DNA of 64,000 nucleotides, taken from positions 5,936 to 69,935 of the forward strand of contig JBGPZD010000001.1 of assembly GCA_041493605.1 (NCBI GenBank), in the 5' to 3' direction. Source of the stretch: Candidatus Methylomirabilia bacterium (lineage in GTDB: Bacteria > Methylomirabilota > Methylomirabilia > Rokubacteriales > CSP1-6). Position 1 is the first letter of the stretch. Each line of letters starts with the position of its first letter. The notes beneath the pieces are model-generated. The model saw only the letters and a program-made list of their open reading frames with translations. It had not been told where the DNA came from and did no database searches. Both the position numbers and the translations under genes were made by a program. Of the stretch, positions 34,386-43,645 are shown piece by piece.

Positions 34386-35447
34386 ATGAAAGGGTTAATC
34401 CTCTCCGGGGGGCGCGGCACCCGCCTGCGGCCCATCACCTACACCTCGGCCAAGCAGCTGGTCCCGGTGGCCAATAAGCCCATCCTTTTCTATGGCATCG
34501 AGGCTCTGGCTGCCTCTGGAATCCACGAGATCGGCATCGTGGTGGGCGACACCAAGCAGGAGATCAAGGACGCCGTCGGCGACGGCAGCCGTTTCGGCGT
34601 CCAGGTCACCTATATCGAGCAGGAGGCGCCGCTCGGGCTGGCCCATGCCGTGCTCGTCTCCGAGCCCTTCCTCGGCACCGACTCCTTCTGCATGTATCTC
34701 GGCGACAACCTGATCCGCGAGCGGCTGGAGCCGCTGGTCACGCGCTTCCGGGAGGAGAAGCCCAACAGTCAGATCCTGCTGGCCTCCGTGCCGAACCCGA
34801 GCCAGTTCGGCGTGGCCGAGCTGCGCAACGGCCAGGTGGTGCGGCTGATCGAGAAGCCGAAGAACCCGCCCTCCAACCTGGCCCTGGTGGGCGTCTACAT
34901 GTTCGACGCCACGGTGTTCAAGGCCGTCAAGGCCATCACACCCTCGGCGCGCGGGGAGCTGGAGATTACCGACGCCATCCAGTGGCTGATCGACCAGGGG
35001 TATCTCGTCCGGCCCCACGTGATCGAAGGCTGGTGGAAGGACACGGGGCGGCTCGAGGACATGCTCGAGGCGAACCGCATCATCCTCGACACGCTGCTGC
35101 CCAGGAACGAGGGCGCCGTGGAGGACAGCGAGATCCTGGGCAAGGTGGTCGTGGAGGCGGGCGCGCGCATCAGCAAGAGCACCGTGCGGGGACCGGCCAT
35201 CATTGGCAGGGGGGCCGTGATCGAGAACGCCTACATCGGTCCCTTCACGTCCATCGGCGACGGCGCCATCGTGCGCGGCAGCGAGATCGAGCATTCGATC
35301 CTGCTCGAGGGCGCGAGCGTGTCCGACGTGGGCGGCCGCATCGAGTCGAGCCTCATCGGGCGCAACGTGTCGATCTATCGGACCGCGTCCAAGCCGCGGT
35401 CCTTCAACTTCATGCTGGGCGACCGCAGCGAGGTGGGGCTCATCTGA
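34386..35447 (+). CDS. rmlA: Glucose-1-phosphate thymidylyltransferase, long form with C-terminal left-handed beta-helix
   Basis: MKGLILSGGRGTRLRPITYTSAKQLVPVANKPILFYGIEAL... The C-terminal ~110 aa is hexapeptide-repeat-like. Divergent from the E1-like gene. Confidence 0.88.
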   Translation: MKGLILSGGRGTRLRPITYTSAKQLVPVANKPILFYGIEALAASGIHEIGIVVGDTKQEIKDAVGDGSRFGVQVTYIEQEAPLGLAHAVLVSEPFLGTDSFCMYLGDNLIRERLEPLVTRFREEKPNSQILLASVPNPSQFGVAELRNGQVVRLIEKPKNPPSNLALVGVYMFDATVFKAVKAITPSARGELEITDAIQWLIDQGYLVRPHVIEGWWKDTGRLEDMLEANRIILDTLLPRNEGAVEDSEILGKVVVEAGARISKSTVRGPAIIGRGAVIENAYIGPFTSIGDGAIVRGSEIEHSILLEGASVSDVGGRIESSLIGRNVSIYRTASKPRSFNFMLGDRSEVGLI

Positions 35448-35983
35448 TGGATCTCAACGACGACGCGAAGCGGGCCTTCTCGCTGCAGGACTACCGGCCG
35501 GCGCCCGAAATCGACGGCGTCCAGTTGGTGGAACTCAAGCGCCTCACCGACGACGGCGGCTCCTTCACCGAGCTGGGGCGGCTCAGCGGCGGCGTGTCGG
35601 CGGCGTTCCCGGGCTTCGAGGTCAAGCAGATCAACTACAGCGAGATGGACCCGGGCGTGGTCAAGGCGTTCCACATCCACCGCCGCCAGACCGACGTCTG
35701 GTTCGTGCCCCCGGGCGACAAGATGCTGCTGGTCCTGCTGGACGTCCGCGCCGAGTCCAAGACCCGCACCGTCCAGCGGCGGCTCGTGCTGGGCGACGGC
35801 GGCTCGCGGCTCGTGAAGATTCCGCCGGGGGTGGCCCACGGCGTCAAGAACCTGGCCGCGGTCCGCGGCCGCATCATCTATTTCGTGGACGCCCAGTTCT
35901 CCCCGGACCCCAACCAGGGCGACGAAGGCCGCCTGCCCTGGGACTTCGCCGGCGCCGGTATCTGGGACGTCACCCGCAGCTAG
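35447..35983 (+). CDS. rmlC: dTDP-4-dehydrorhamnose 3,5-epimerase-like cupin
   Basis: ATG overlapping the rmlA stop (TGATG). RmlC-like motifs (FEVKQINYSEMDPGVVKAFHIHRRQTDVWFVPPGD; PPGVAHGVKNL). The track ORF 34982..35983 has an out-of-frame N-terminal extension. Confidence 0.75.
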   Translation: MDLNDDAKRAFSLQDYRPAPEIDGVQLVELKRLTDDGGSFTELGRLSGGVSAAFPGFEVKQINYSEMDPGVVKAFHIHRRQTDVWFVPPGDKMLLVLLDVRAESKTRTVQRRLVLGDGGSRLVKIPPGVAHGVKNLAAVRGRIIYFVDAQFSPDPNQGDEGRLPWDFAGAGIWDVTRS

Positions 35984-35990
35984 TCGGCCC

Positions 35991-36989
35991 ATGAAGATCC
36001 TCGTGACGGGCGGCGCGGGCTTCATCGGCTCCAACTTCGTCCGGCACGTCCTCACGGCGCACCCGGAGGATTCAGTCGTCAACCTCGACAAGCTGACCTA
36101 CGCCGGCAACCTCGAGAACCTCCGGGACGTCGAAGCCGGCCCCCGCTATCGCTTCGTCAAGGGCGACATCTGCGACGCCGCGCTGGTGCGCGACCTCATG
36201 CGGGGGGTCGACGCGGTCGCGCACTTCGCCGCCGAGACCCACGTGGACCGCTCCAACACGGGCGCGGATGACTTCCTCCGGACCAATGTGACCGGGACCT
36301 ACATCCTGCTGGAAGCCGCGCGGGAGCTTAAGGTGGGCCGCGTCGTGGCCGTCAGCACCGATGAGGTCTACGGCAGCATCGCCCACGGACACGCGCGCGA
36401 ACGCGACCCGCTGAACCCGTCCAACCCCTATTCGGCCTCCAAGGCCGCGGCCGATCTCCTGGCGCGGGCCTATTGGATCACCCATCGCCTGCCGGTCGTG
36501 ATCACCCGGAGCAGCAACAACTTCGGGCCCTACCAGTACCCGGAGAAGATGATCCCGCTCTTCGTGACCAACGCCTTGGAGGACAAGCCGCTGCCGCTCT
36601 ACGGCGACGGCAAGAACGTGCGCGACTGGCTCTACGTCCTCGACAACTGCGCGGCCATCGATCTGGCGCTCCGCAAGGGCAAGGACGGGGAGATCTACAA
36701 TATCGGCGGCGGCACTGAGGTGGAGAACGTGGTGCTCACGCGCCTCATCCTCAAATTGGTCGGCAAGCCGGAGAGCCTCATCACGCCGGTGGCCGACCGG
36801 CCGGGGCACGACCGCCGCTACGCGCTCGACAGCGGCAAGATCCACGGTCTCGGCTGGAAGCCGGCCCACGCCTTCCCCGCCGCGCTCGCGGCCACCGTCG
36901 ACTGGTACCAGACCCACGAGGCGTGGTGGAAGCCGATCAAATCGGGGGCCTTCCGCGCCTACTACGAGAAGCAGTACGCCGCAAGGTGA
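35991..36989 (+). CDS. rmlB: dTDP-glucose 4,6-dehydratase
   Basis: MKILVTGGAGFIGSNFVRHVL. YSASKAAAD catalytic motif. ~332 aa. Confidence 0.92.
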   Translation: MKILVTGGAGFIGSNFVRHVLTAHPEDSVVNLDKLTYAGNLENLRDVEAGPRYRFVKGDICDAALVRDLMRGVDAVAHFAAETHVDRSNTGADDFLRTNVTGTYILLEAARELKVGRVVAVSTDEVYGSIAHGHARERDPLNPSNPYSASKAAADLLARAYWITHRLPVVITRSSNNFGPYQYPEKMIPLFVTNALEDKPLPLYGDGKNVRDWLYVLDNCAAIDLALRKGKDGEIYNIGGGTEVENVVLTRLILKLVGKPESLITPVADRPGHDRRYALDSGKIHGLGWKPAHAFPAALAATVDWYQTHEAWWKPIKSGAFRAYYEKQYAAR

Positions 36990-37059
36990 TGGCACGATCC
37001 GTCCCGGCAGTCCGCTACCGCTTCTTCCGCACCGCCGACAACTAGGTTAGGCTCTGGTC

Positions 37060-38463
37060 ATGAAGGGCGTGGACACCTACCAGGGACGCGGCCTCATCGC
37101 CGACCCCATCCACCAGTACATCCTCTACACCCGCCCCGACGGGATCCCCGGGGAAGCGACCGAGCAGGACCTGATCGACTCGCCATGGATGCAGCGGCTC
37201 CGGCGGGTGCCCCAGCTCCAGTCGGCGCGCTGGGTGTTCCCGGCGGCCGAGCACAGCCGCTTCCAGCATTCCCTGGGCGCCATGCACCTGGCGGGCCGCT
37301 TCGCCCAGCAGCTCCATCCGTCGCTCAAGGCCGAGTTCCCCGACGCGCCCTCGGCGGCGCTCCTGGAAGAGCTGCTGCGGATGTCGGGGCTCCTCCACGA
37401 CATCGGGCACGGGCCGTTCGGTCATTTCTTCGACGACAACTTCCTGGCAGATTTCCGTCTCACGCACGAGATCGTCGGCCAGCGGATCATCCGCGAGCAG
37501 ATCGCCGACTTGATCCGCGGGCTCCGGCGAAGCCCCTCGGCGCCGTTCGAGACCGGCGAGGCCATCAACCCCGACTGGATCTGCTACCTCATGGGCAAGG
37601 ACCGGACGCGGCCCGAGGCCGAGCACCCGCGCTGGCTCGCCCACCTCAAGCCGCTGCTGTCGGGGATCTACACCGCCGACAACATGGACTACGTGCTCCG
37701 CGACTCGTACATGTGCGGCGTTGCCGTCGGGCCCATCGACATCGAGCGGATCATCTATTACTCGTTTTTCAGCGACAAGGGGCTCACGCTCGACCGCGGG
37801 GGCATCCAGGCCTTCATCATGTTCCTCAACGCGCGGTTCTATATGTACACCAACGTGTACTACCACCGGACCACGCGAGGCATCGACCTGCACCTCAAGG
37901 AGATTTTTCGCAACACCATGCGCCTCGTCTTCCCGTACGACCTCAACAAGGACCTGGCGCCCTATCTTCACCTGACCGAGTGGACCCTCCTCGAAGAGGT
38001 CGCGCGCTGGCAGGACACCGGCGATGCAGAGCAGAAGACCCTCGGCCAGGAGTGGCGGCACATCCTCGACCGGCGGCTCAAGTGGCGCATGTCCCACGAG
38101 GTCGTCCTCGATCTCTTCGAGCCGCGCCGAGGGCACAGCTTCATGAAGGCCGAGGACGTCGAGCGGCGGGTGCGCGAGCTGCTCCCGGCCGCGCTCAAGA
38201 ACTTCGACTTCAAGATCGACATGGCCCAGCAGGACCCGCGGCCGCTCAATCCCATCGGGATGCAGGACCGGCAGATCTACGTCTACGACTCGGCCGCGCG
38301 CACCGTGTCGGCCGAGCCGCTCAAGGAGCTACTCAAGTATTTGCCCGGCAAGGTCGCCCAGTGCCGGATCTTCGCCATGAGCCACGAGCACGACCAGCTC
38401 CTGGCGCGGGCCCTCGACGAGGCGCTGAGCGAGGACCGTCCCACCCACCCGACGAACCTCTGA
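37060..38463 (+). CDS. HD-domain phosphohydrolase (dGTPase/SAMHD1-like dNTP triphosphohydrolase family)
   Basis: AEHSRFQHSLGAMHLAGRFA ... LLHDIGHGPFGHFFDDNF ... YTADNMDYVLRDSYMCG. 467 aa. Confidence 0.75.
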   Translation: MKGVDTYQGRGLIADPIHQYILYTRPDGIPGEATEQDLIDSPWMQRLRRVPQLQSARWVFPAAEHSRFQHSLGAMHLAGRFAQQLHPSLKAEFPDAPSAALLEELLRMSGLLHDIGHGPFGHFFDDNFLADFRLTHEIVGQRIIREQIADLIRGLRRSPSAPFETGEAINPDWICYLMGKDRTRPEAEHPRWLAHLKPLLSGIYTADNMDYVLRDSYMCGVAVGPIDIERIIYYSFFSDKGLTLDRGGIQAFIMFLNARFYMYTNVYYHRTTRGIDLHLKEIFRNTMRLVFPYDLNKDLAPYLHLTEWTLLEEVARWQDTGDAEQKTLGQEWRHILDRRLKWRMSHEVVLDLFEPRRGHSFMKAEDVERRVRELLPAALKNFDFKIDMAQQDPRPLNPIGMQDRQIYVYDSAARTVSAEPLKELLKYLPGKVAQCRIFAMSHEHDQLLARALDEALSEDRPTHPTNL

Positions 38464-38481
38464 GCCGGAAGGACATCAGCC

Positions 38482-39654
38482 ATGGAAAAGTTCCGCGGCG
38501 TCGACTACTACGCGTTCGAGGAACTGCTGACCGAAGAGCAGCGGATGGTGCGGGACGCCGTCCGCGACTGGGTGGAAGCCAAGTTCCTGCCGATCGTCGC
38601 CCAGCACCACCGCGACGGCACCTTCCCGATGGAGCTGGCCAAAGACCTGGGCGAGATGGGCGTCTTCGGCGCCACGCTCAAGGGCTACGGGTGCGCGGGG
38701 CTGGACAGCGTGGCCTACGGGCTGATCATGCAGGAGCTCGAGCGCGGCGATTCTGGGCTGCGCTCGTTCGCCTCGGTGCAGAGCGGGCTCGTGATGTACC
38801 CGATCTATACCTACGGCACGGACGGCCAGAAGGACCGGTGGCTGCCGCGGCTGCAGTCCGGTGAGGCGCTGGGCTGTTTCGGCCTCACCGAGCCGGACTA
38901 CGGCTCGGACCCCGGCGGGATGAAGACCCTCGCCGTCAAGAAGGGGAAGGAGTACGTGCTCAACGGAACCAAGCTCTGGATCACCAACGGGTCCGTCGCC
39001 GACGTGGCGGTGGTCTGGGCCAAGGGCGACGACGGCGAGATCGGCGGCTACCTGGTGGAGAAGGGGACGCCCGGCTTCTCGACGCTCGACATCCACGGCA
39101 AGTTCTCCATGCGCGCCTCCATCACCTCCGAGCTGGCCTTCGCCGACTGCCGCATCCCGCTGGAGAACAAGTTCCCCACCATCAAGGGCCTCAAGGGGCC
39201 GCTCGGCTGCCTGAGCCAGGCGCGCTACGGCATCGCCTGGGGCGCCATCGGCGCCGCGATGGCGTGCTACGACTGGGCGCTGCAGTACGCGCAGCAGCGC
39301 ATCCAGTTCGGCAAGCCCATCGCTTCGTTCCAGCTCGTCCAGCAGAAGCTGGTCTGGATGATCACCGAGATCACCAAGGCCCAGCTCCTCTGCCTCCGGC
39401 TCGGCCAGCTCAAGGATGCGGGCAAGGTGCGCCCGCAGCAGATCTCCATGGCCAAGATGAACAACGTGCAGATGGCGCTGGACGCGGCCCGCCTGGGCCG
39501 AGACATCCTGGGCGCGGCCGGCATCGTGGACGAGCACCCGATCATCCGCCACATGATGAACCTCGAGACCGTCAACACCTACGAGGGCACGCACGACATC
39601 CACACGCTGATCATCGGGCGCGACATCACGGGCCTCGACGCCTTCGGAGCGTAG
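38482..39654 (+). CDS. Acyl-CoA dehydrogenase (glutaryl-CoA dehydrogenase-like)
   Basis: GCFGLTEPDYGSDPGGMKT ... C-terminal TYEGTHDIHTLIIGRDITG, typical of the GCDH subfamily. Confidence 0.85.
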   Translation: MEKFRGVDYYAFEELLTEEQRMVRDAVRDWVEAKFLPIVAQHHRDGTFPMELAKDLGEMGVFGATLKGYGCAGLDSVAYGLIMQELERGDSGLRSFASVQSGLVMYPIYTYGTDGQKDRWLPRLQSGEALGCFGLTEPDYGSDPGGMKTLAVKKGKEYVLNGTKLWITNGSVADVAVVWAKGDDGEIGGYLVEKGTPGFSTLDIHGKFSMRASITSELAFADCRIPLENKFPTIKGLKGPLGCLSQARYGIAWGAIGAAMACYDWALQYAQQRIQFGKPIASFQLVQQKLVWMITEITKAQLLCLRLGQLKDAGKVRPQQISMAKMNNVQMALDAARLGRDILGAAGIVDEHPIIRHMMNLETVNTYEGTHDIHTLIIGRDITGLDAFGA

Positions 39655-39693
39655 CGGCCCGCGGAGCCCGTCCGCGCGGGCCCGCCCGCCGGC

Positions 39694-40080
39694 TCAGGCT
39701 GAGAGCTGGACGTAGAGCTCGACTTGGTGGCCGTCCGGATCCTTCACGCTGAGGGACGGCGTCTCGCCGTCCGTCTCGCCGAAGGGCGCGAGGCCGCGGG
39801 CCTCGATCTCGCGGCGCGCGGTGTCCAGGTCCTCGCGGCGCGTCCCGACGCAGAAGGCGATGTGGTAGAGTCCCGGCGCGCCCTTGACGGGCGCGGGGCC
39901 GTCGGTCCGGGCGACCTCGAGGGAGACGTCGTGATGGTGCGCGCCCGCGGAGAGAAAGACGATGCGGCCGCCCTTGCCGCGCCCGGTCTCTTTCAATCCG
40001 AGCAGATCGCGGTAAAAGCGTACGGAGGCGTCGAGATCTTGAACGAAGAGGGAAACGTGGCCGAGCTCGGTGACCTTCAC
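39694..40080 (-). CDS. VOC-family (glyoxalase/bleomycin-resistance/dioxygenase fold) protein
   Basis: 128 aa. MKVTELGHVSLFVQDLDASVRFYRDLLGL ... HIAFCV ... DPDGHQVELY. Confidence 0.75.
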   Translation of the reverse strand: MKVTELGHVSLFVQDLDASVRFYRDLLGLKETGRGKGGRIVFLSAGAHHHDVSLEVARTDGPAPVKGAPGLYHIAFCVGTRREDLDTARREIEARGLAPFGETDGETPSLSVKDPDGHQVELYVQLSA

Positions 40081-40106
40081 GGCGCAGTTAGTGTAGCATA
40101 GGGCCC

Positions 40107-41327
40107 ATGACCCCGGACCCGGCCGCCCCGGCCGTCGCGCTGCCGACCCCCGTCGCCGCCGCCCCGGCCGAGCGGGTCAGGCCGAACATGCGCCTGCTCG
40201 GCCTGCTGGCGCTCGGCCATCTGGTGATCGACACCAACCAGGGCGCGCTGCCGGCCATCCTGCCGTTCTTGAAATCGTCGCTGGCGCTGTCCTATACGGC
40301 GACGGGCGTCATCGTGCTCGTGGCCAACATCACCTCGTCGGTCATCCAGCCGCTCTTCGGCTACTTCGCGGACAAGACGTCCCGGCGCTGGCTGCTGCCT
40401 TTGTCGGTGCTCCTTTCCTCGCTGGGCATCGGATTCACGGGGCTCGCCCCGTCCTACCCTGTGGTGCTTGGGTTGGTCTTGATTACCGGGTTCGGCGTCG
40501 CGGCCTACCACCCCGAGGGCTACCGCACGGCCACCGCCGTCGCGGGAGACCGCAAGGCCACCGGCGTGAGCATCTTTTCGACCGGGGGCAATATCGGCAT
40601 CGCGGCCGGCCCGCTGTTGATCACCGCGCTGCTCACGAGCCCCTTCGGGCTGCAGGGCAGTCTCGGCATGCTCGTGCCGGGCATCCTGGTCGGCGGGCTG
40701 CTCACCGCCGCGCTCCCGATGCTCTCGGCGCCCGCGCAGGCCCAGGCTAAATCGGCCGCGGCCGGCGGAGCCCGGAACATGGTCGGCGCCATGACCCTGC
40801 TCATCATGGTGGTCGCGGTGCGCTCGTGGACCCAGCTCGGTTTCACGACCTATGTGCCGTTCTACTACCTGGAGGTCCTGCACGGCGACCCGCGGATGGT
40901 CGGCACCTTGCTCGGCGTCTTCCTCGGCGCGGGCGCCGTCGGCACCCTCGTGGCCGGGCCCATCGCCGACCGCGTCGGCGTGCGGCGCTACGTGGTGAGT
41001 GTCTTCCTGCTCGCGACGCCCATCGCCGTCGCGTTCTTGTTTGTACAGGGGCCGCTCGCCTTCGTCGTGCTGGGCGGGTTGGGCTTCGTGCTGGTCTCCA
41101 CGTTCACGGTGTCCGTCGTCCTGGGCCAGGCCTACCTGCCGCGGAATCCCGGAATGGCGTCGGGCCTCATCGTGGGCTTCGCGATCGGCGCGGGCGGTCT
41201 CGGCGTGACCATGCTCGGCTGGGTGGCGGACCGCTATGGGCTCATGACGGCCCTCTGGATCTCGGCAGTGATGCCGCTCGTGGGCTTTTTCCTCGCGATG
41301 TTCCTTCCCGAGCCGCGGTCGCGCTAG
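40107..41327 (+). CDS. MFS transporter
   Basis: 12-TM-like hydrophobic profile with MFS signature-like loops (GYFADKTSRRW; PIADRVGVRR). The start could instead be the internal MRLLGLL. Confidence 0.75.
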   Translation: MTPDPAAPAVALPTPVAAAPAERVRPNMRLLGLLALGHLVIDTNQGALPAILPFLKSSLALSYTATGVIVLVANITSSVIQPLFGYFADKTSRRWLLPLSVLLSSLGIGFTGLAPSYPVVLGLVLITGFGVAAYHPEGYRTATAVAGDRKATGVSIFSTGGNIGIAAGPLLITALLTSPFGLQGSLGMLVPGILVGGLLTAALPMLSAPAQAQAKSAAAGGARNMVGAMTLLIMVVAVRSWTQLGFTTYVPFYYLEVLHGDPRMVGTLLGVFLGAGAVGTLVAGPIADRVGVRRYVVSVFLLATPIAVAFLFVQGPLAFVVLGGLGFVLVSTFTVSVVLGQAYLPRNPGMASGLIVGFAIGAGGLGVTMLGWVADRYGLMTALWISAVMPLVGFFLAMFLPEPRSR

Positions 41328-41353
41328 AGGACAAGATGGGCATCGCCGATCGG

Positions 41354-42175
41354 TTCCAGGACGGCGACCAGGCGCTGCTCATCGATCAGCGCGGCAAGCG
41401 GCATCTGCTCCTGCTGCGCAAGGGGGAGACCTTCCACTCGGACCGCGGCTGGATCACGCACGACACGATCATCGGCCAGCCCGACGGCTCGTGGGTGCGC
41501 ACGTCAAAGAACACGCGGTACCTCGCGCTGCGGCCCACCCTGTCCGAGTACGTGCTCGACATGCCGCGGGGCGCCCAGGTCATCTACCCCAAGGACCTGG
41601 CCATGGTGATGTTCTGGGCTGACATCTTCCCCGGGGCGCGCGTGCTCGAGGCGGGCATGGGCTCGGGCGCGCTGACCCTGGCGCTCCTGCGCGCCGTCGG
41701 GCCCGAGGGCCGGGTGGTGAGCTACGAGCAGCGCGAGGACTTCTGCCGCCGAGCGCTGGCCAACATCCAGCTGCGGATGGGCGAGGTCACGACGCTCACG
41801 GTCCGCCTCCGGCCCGTCGAGGAGGGACTGGCGGAGGAGGAGCCGGTGGACCGGGCGGTGTTCGATCTTCCCGAGCCGTGGCGGCTGGTGGAGCCGGTCG
41901 CGCGCGTGCTGCGCTCGGGCGGGATCTTCCTGTCCTACGTTCCCACGATCATCCAGTCGCACCAGCTGACCGAAGCGCTCCGGCGCCACCCGGGCTATGC
42001 CCTGGTGGAGACGTTCGAGACGCTGTTCCGCCCCTGGAACATCGAGGGCACGTCGGTGCGGCCGTTTCACCGCATGGTCGCCCATACCGGCTTTATCACC
42101 GTGGCCCGCCGCGTGGTGCCCGAAGCGGGCGCGGCGCCGCCGCAGGTCGGCGAGGCCGAACCCGAGACCGACTGA
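41354..42175 (+). CDS. trmI: tRNA (adenine58-N1)-methyltransferase TrmI (Gcd14 family)
   Basis: GETFHSDRGWITHDTIIGQPDGS ... PRGAQVIYPKDLAMV ... VLEAGMGSGALTLALLRAVGPEGRVVSYEQRE. Confidence 0.8.
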   Translation, partial: FQDGDQALLIDQRGKRHLLLLRKGETFHSDRGWITHDTIIGQPDGSWVRTSKNTRYLALRPTLSEYVLDMPRGAQVIYPKDLAMVMFWADIFPGARVLEAGMGSGALTLALLRAVGPEGRVVSYEQREDFCRRALANIQLRMGEVTTLTVRLRPVEEGLAEEEPVDRAVFDLPEPWRLVEPVARVLRSGGIFLSYVPTIIQSHQLTEALRRHPGYALVETFETLFRPWNIEGTSVRPFHRMVAHTGFITVARRVVPEAGAAPPQVGEAEPETD

Positions 42176-42178
42176 GCG

Positions 42179-43564
42179 GTGCTCGAGCGCTGCTTCGGGC
42201 TGGCGGGCCGCGGCGCCACCGTCGGCGGTGAGGTGCGCGGTGGGCTCACCACCTTCATGGTGATGGCCTACATCATCTTCGTGAACCCGGCCATCCTTGC
42301 CTTCGCGGGCATCCAGGCGCTCGAGGGCCAGGGCCCCCCATTCGCCGCGACCCAGGCGGCGACGTGCCTGGTGGCGGGCGCTCTCACCATCGCCATGGGA
42401 CTCGCGACCAACTATCCGCTGGCGCTGGCCTCGGGGATGGGACTCAACGCCGTCGTCGCCTTTCAGCTCGTGGCCGGCATGAAACTGCCCTGGCAGTCCG
42501 CCATGGGGGTCGTCTTCCTCGAGGGCATCGTCATCACGGTCCTCGTGCTGACCGGATTCAGGGAAGCGATCATGGACGCCATCCCGATGGCCCTCAAGCA
42601 CGCGATCGGCGTGGGCATCGGGTTGTTCATCCTGTTCATCGGTCTGGTCTCGGCCGGCATCGTGAAGCCCGGACCCGCCGGGGTGCCCGTCACGCTCGGC
42701 GACCTCACCTCGGCGCCGGTGGCAGTGGCGCTCTTCGGGCTGCTGCTGACCATCTGGCTCCAGGCGCGCGGCGCCCGCGGCGCGCTCCTCGTCGGCATCC
42801 TCGCCACGACGGCGCTGGCCGTGGCGGTCAACACGGCCACGTCGGGTCGGGCCTTCCCCACGCCGGGTCAGGCGGTGATCCCCGGCTCGCTGCTGGCGCT
42901 GCCCGACTTCTCGACGCTGGGGGCCGGGCTCGACCTCTCCGTGTTCGCGCGCGTCGGGATCCTCACCGCGTCCGTCACCGTCTTTTCTCTCATGCTCTCC
43001 GACTTCTTCGACACCATGGGCACGGTGATCGGGATCGGCGGCGAGGCGGGCTGGCTCACGCACGACGGCAAGCTGCCGCGCCTCAACCGGGTGCTGCTGG
43101 TGGACTCGCTGGCGGCGGTCGCGGGCGGCGCCGCCGGGGCGTCGTCGGCGACGACGTACATCGAGTCGGCCGCCGGCGTGTCGGCCGGGGCCAAGACGGG
43201 CCTGGCCTCGGTGGTCACGGGCGTCTGCTTCCTGCTCTCGCTCTTTTTCGCGCCGCTCGCCGGCGTGGTCCCCGCCCAGGCGACGGCGGCCGCCCTCGTG
43301 TTGGTCGGCTACCTGATGACGACCATCGTGCGCAACATCCCCTTCGGCGACTTGGACGAGGGCCTCCCGGCGCTCCTGACCCTGGCGGTGATGCCGTTCA
43401 CGTACTCGATCACCAACGGCATCGGGGCCGGATTCATCTCGTACTGCTTCATCAAGCTGGTCCGGGGCCGGGGCGGCGAGGTGCGCCCGATGATGTACGT
43501 CGCGGCGGCTGCCTTCGCGGTCTACTTCGCGCTGCCGGGGATCCAGGCGCTGCTCCGCTGGTAA
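42179..43564 (+). CDS. NCS2-family nucleobase permease (AzgA-like purine transporter)
   Basis: GLTTFMVMAYIIFVNPAILAFAG ... 461 aa, multi-TM. Probable GTG start. Confidence 0.8.
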   Translation: MLERCFGLAGRGATVGGEVRGGLTTFMVMAYIIFVNPAILAFAGIQALEGQGPPFAATQAATCLVAGALTIAMGLATNYPLALASGMGLNAVVAFQLVAGMKLPWQSAMGVVFLEGIVITVLVLTGFREAIMDAIPMALKHAIGVGIGLFILFIGLVSAGIVKPGPAGVPVTLGDLTSAPVAVALFGLLLTIWLQARGARGALLVGILATTALAVAVNTATSGRAFPTPGQAVIPGSLLALPDFSTLGAGLDLSVFARVGILTASVTVFSLMLSDFFDTMGTVIGIGGEAGWLTHDGKLPRLNRVLLVDSLAAVAGGAAGASSATTYIESAAGVSAGAKTGLASVVTGVCFLLSLFFAPLAGVVPAQATAAALVLVGYLMTTIVRNIPFGDLDEGLPALLTLAVMPFTYSITNGIGAGFISYCFIKLVRGRGGEVRPMMYVAAAAFAVYFALPGIQALLRW

Positions 43565-43645
43565 CGATCTGCGCGCGCTCCGCCGGAGGGCCTGTGATAG
43601 GCTAGGCCTTCGATTGACGTTCACCCTGCGTTCCTCCAGGAGGCG

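Noticed and set aside
34982-35983. 333-aa ORF suggesting a long RmlC
   Set aside because: The N-terminal ~155 aa are an alternative frame of rmlA. The cupin starts at the ATG at 35447.
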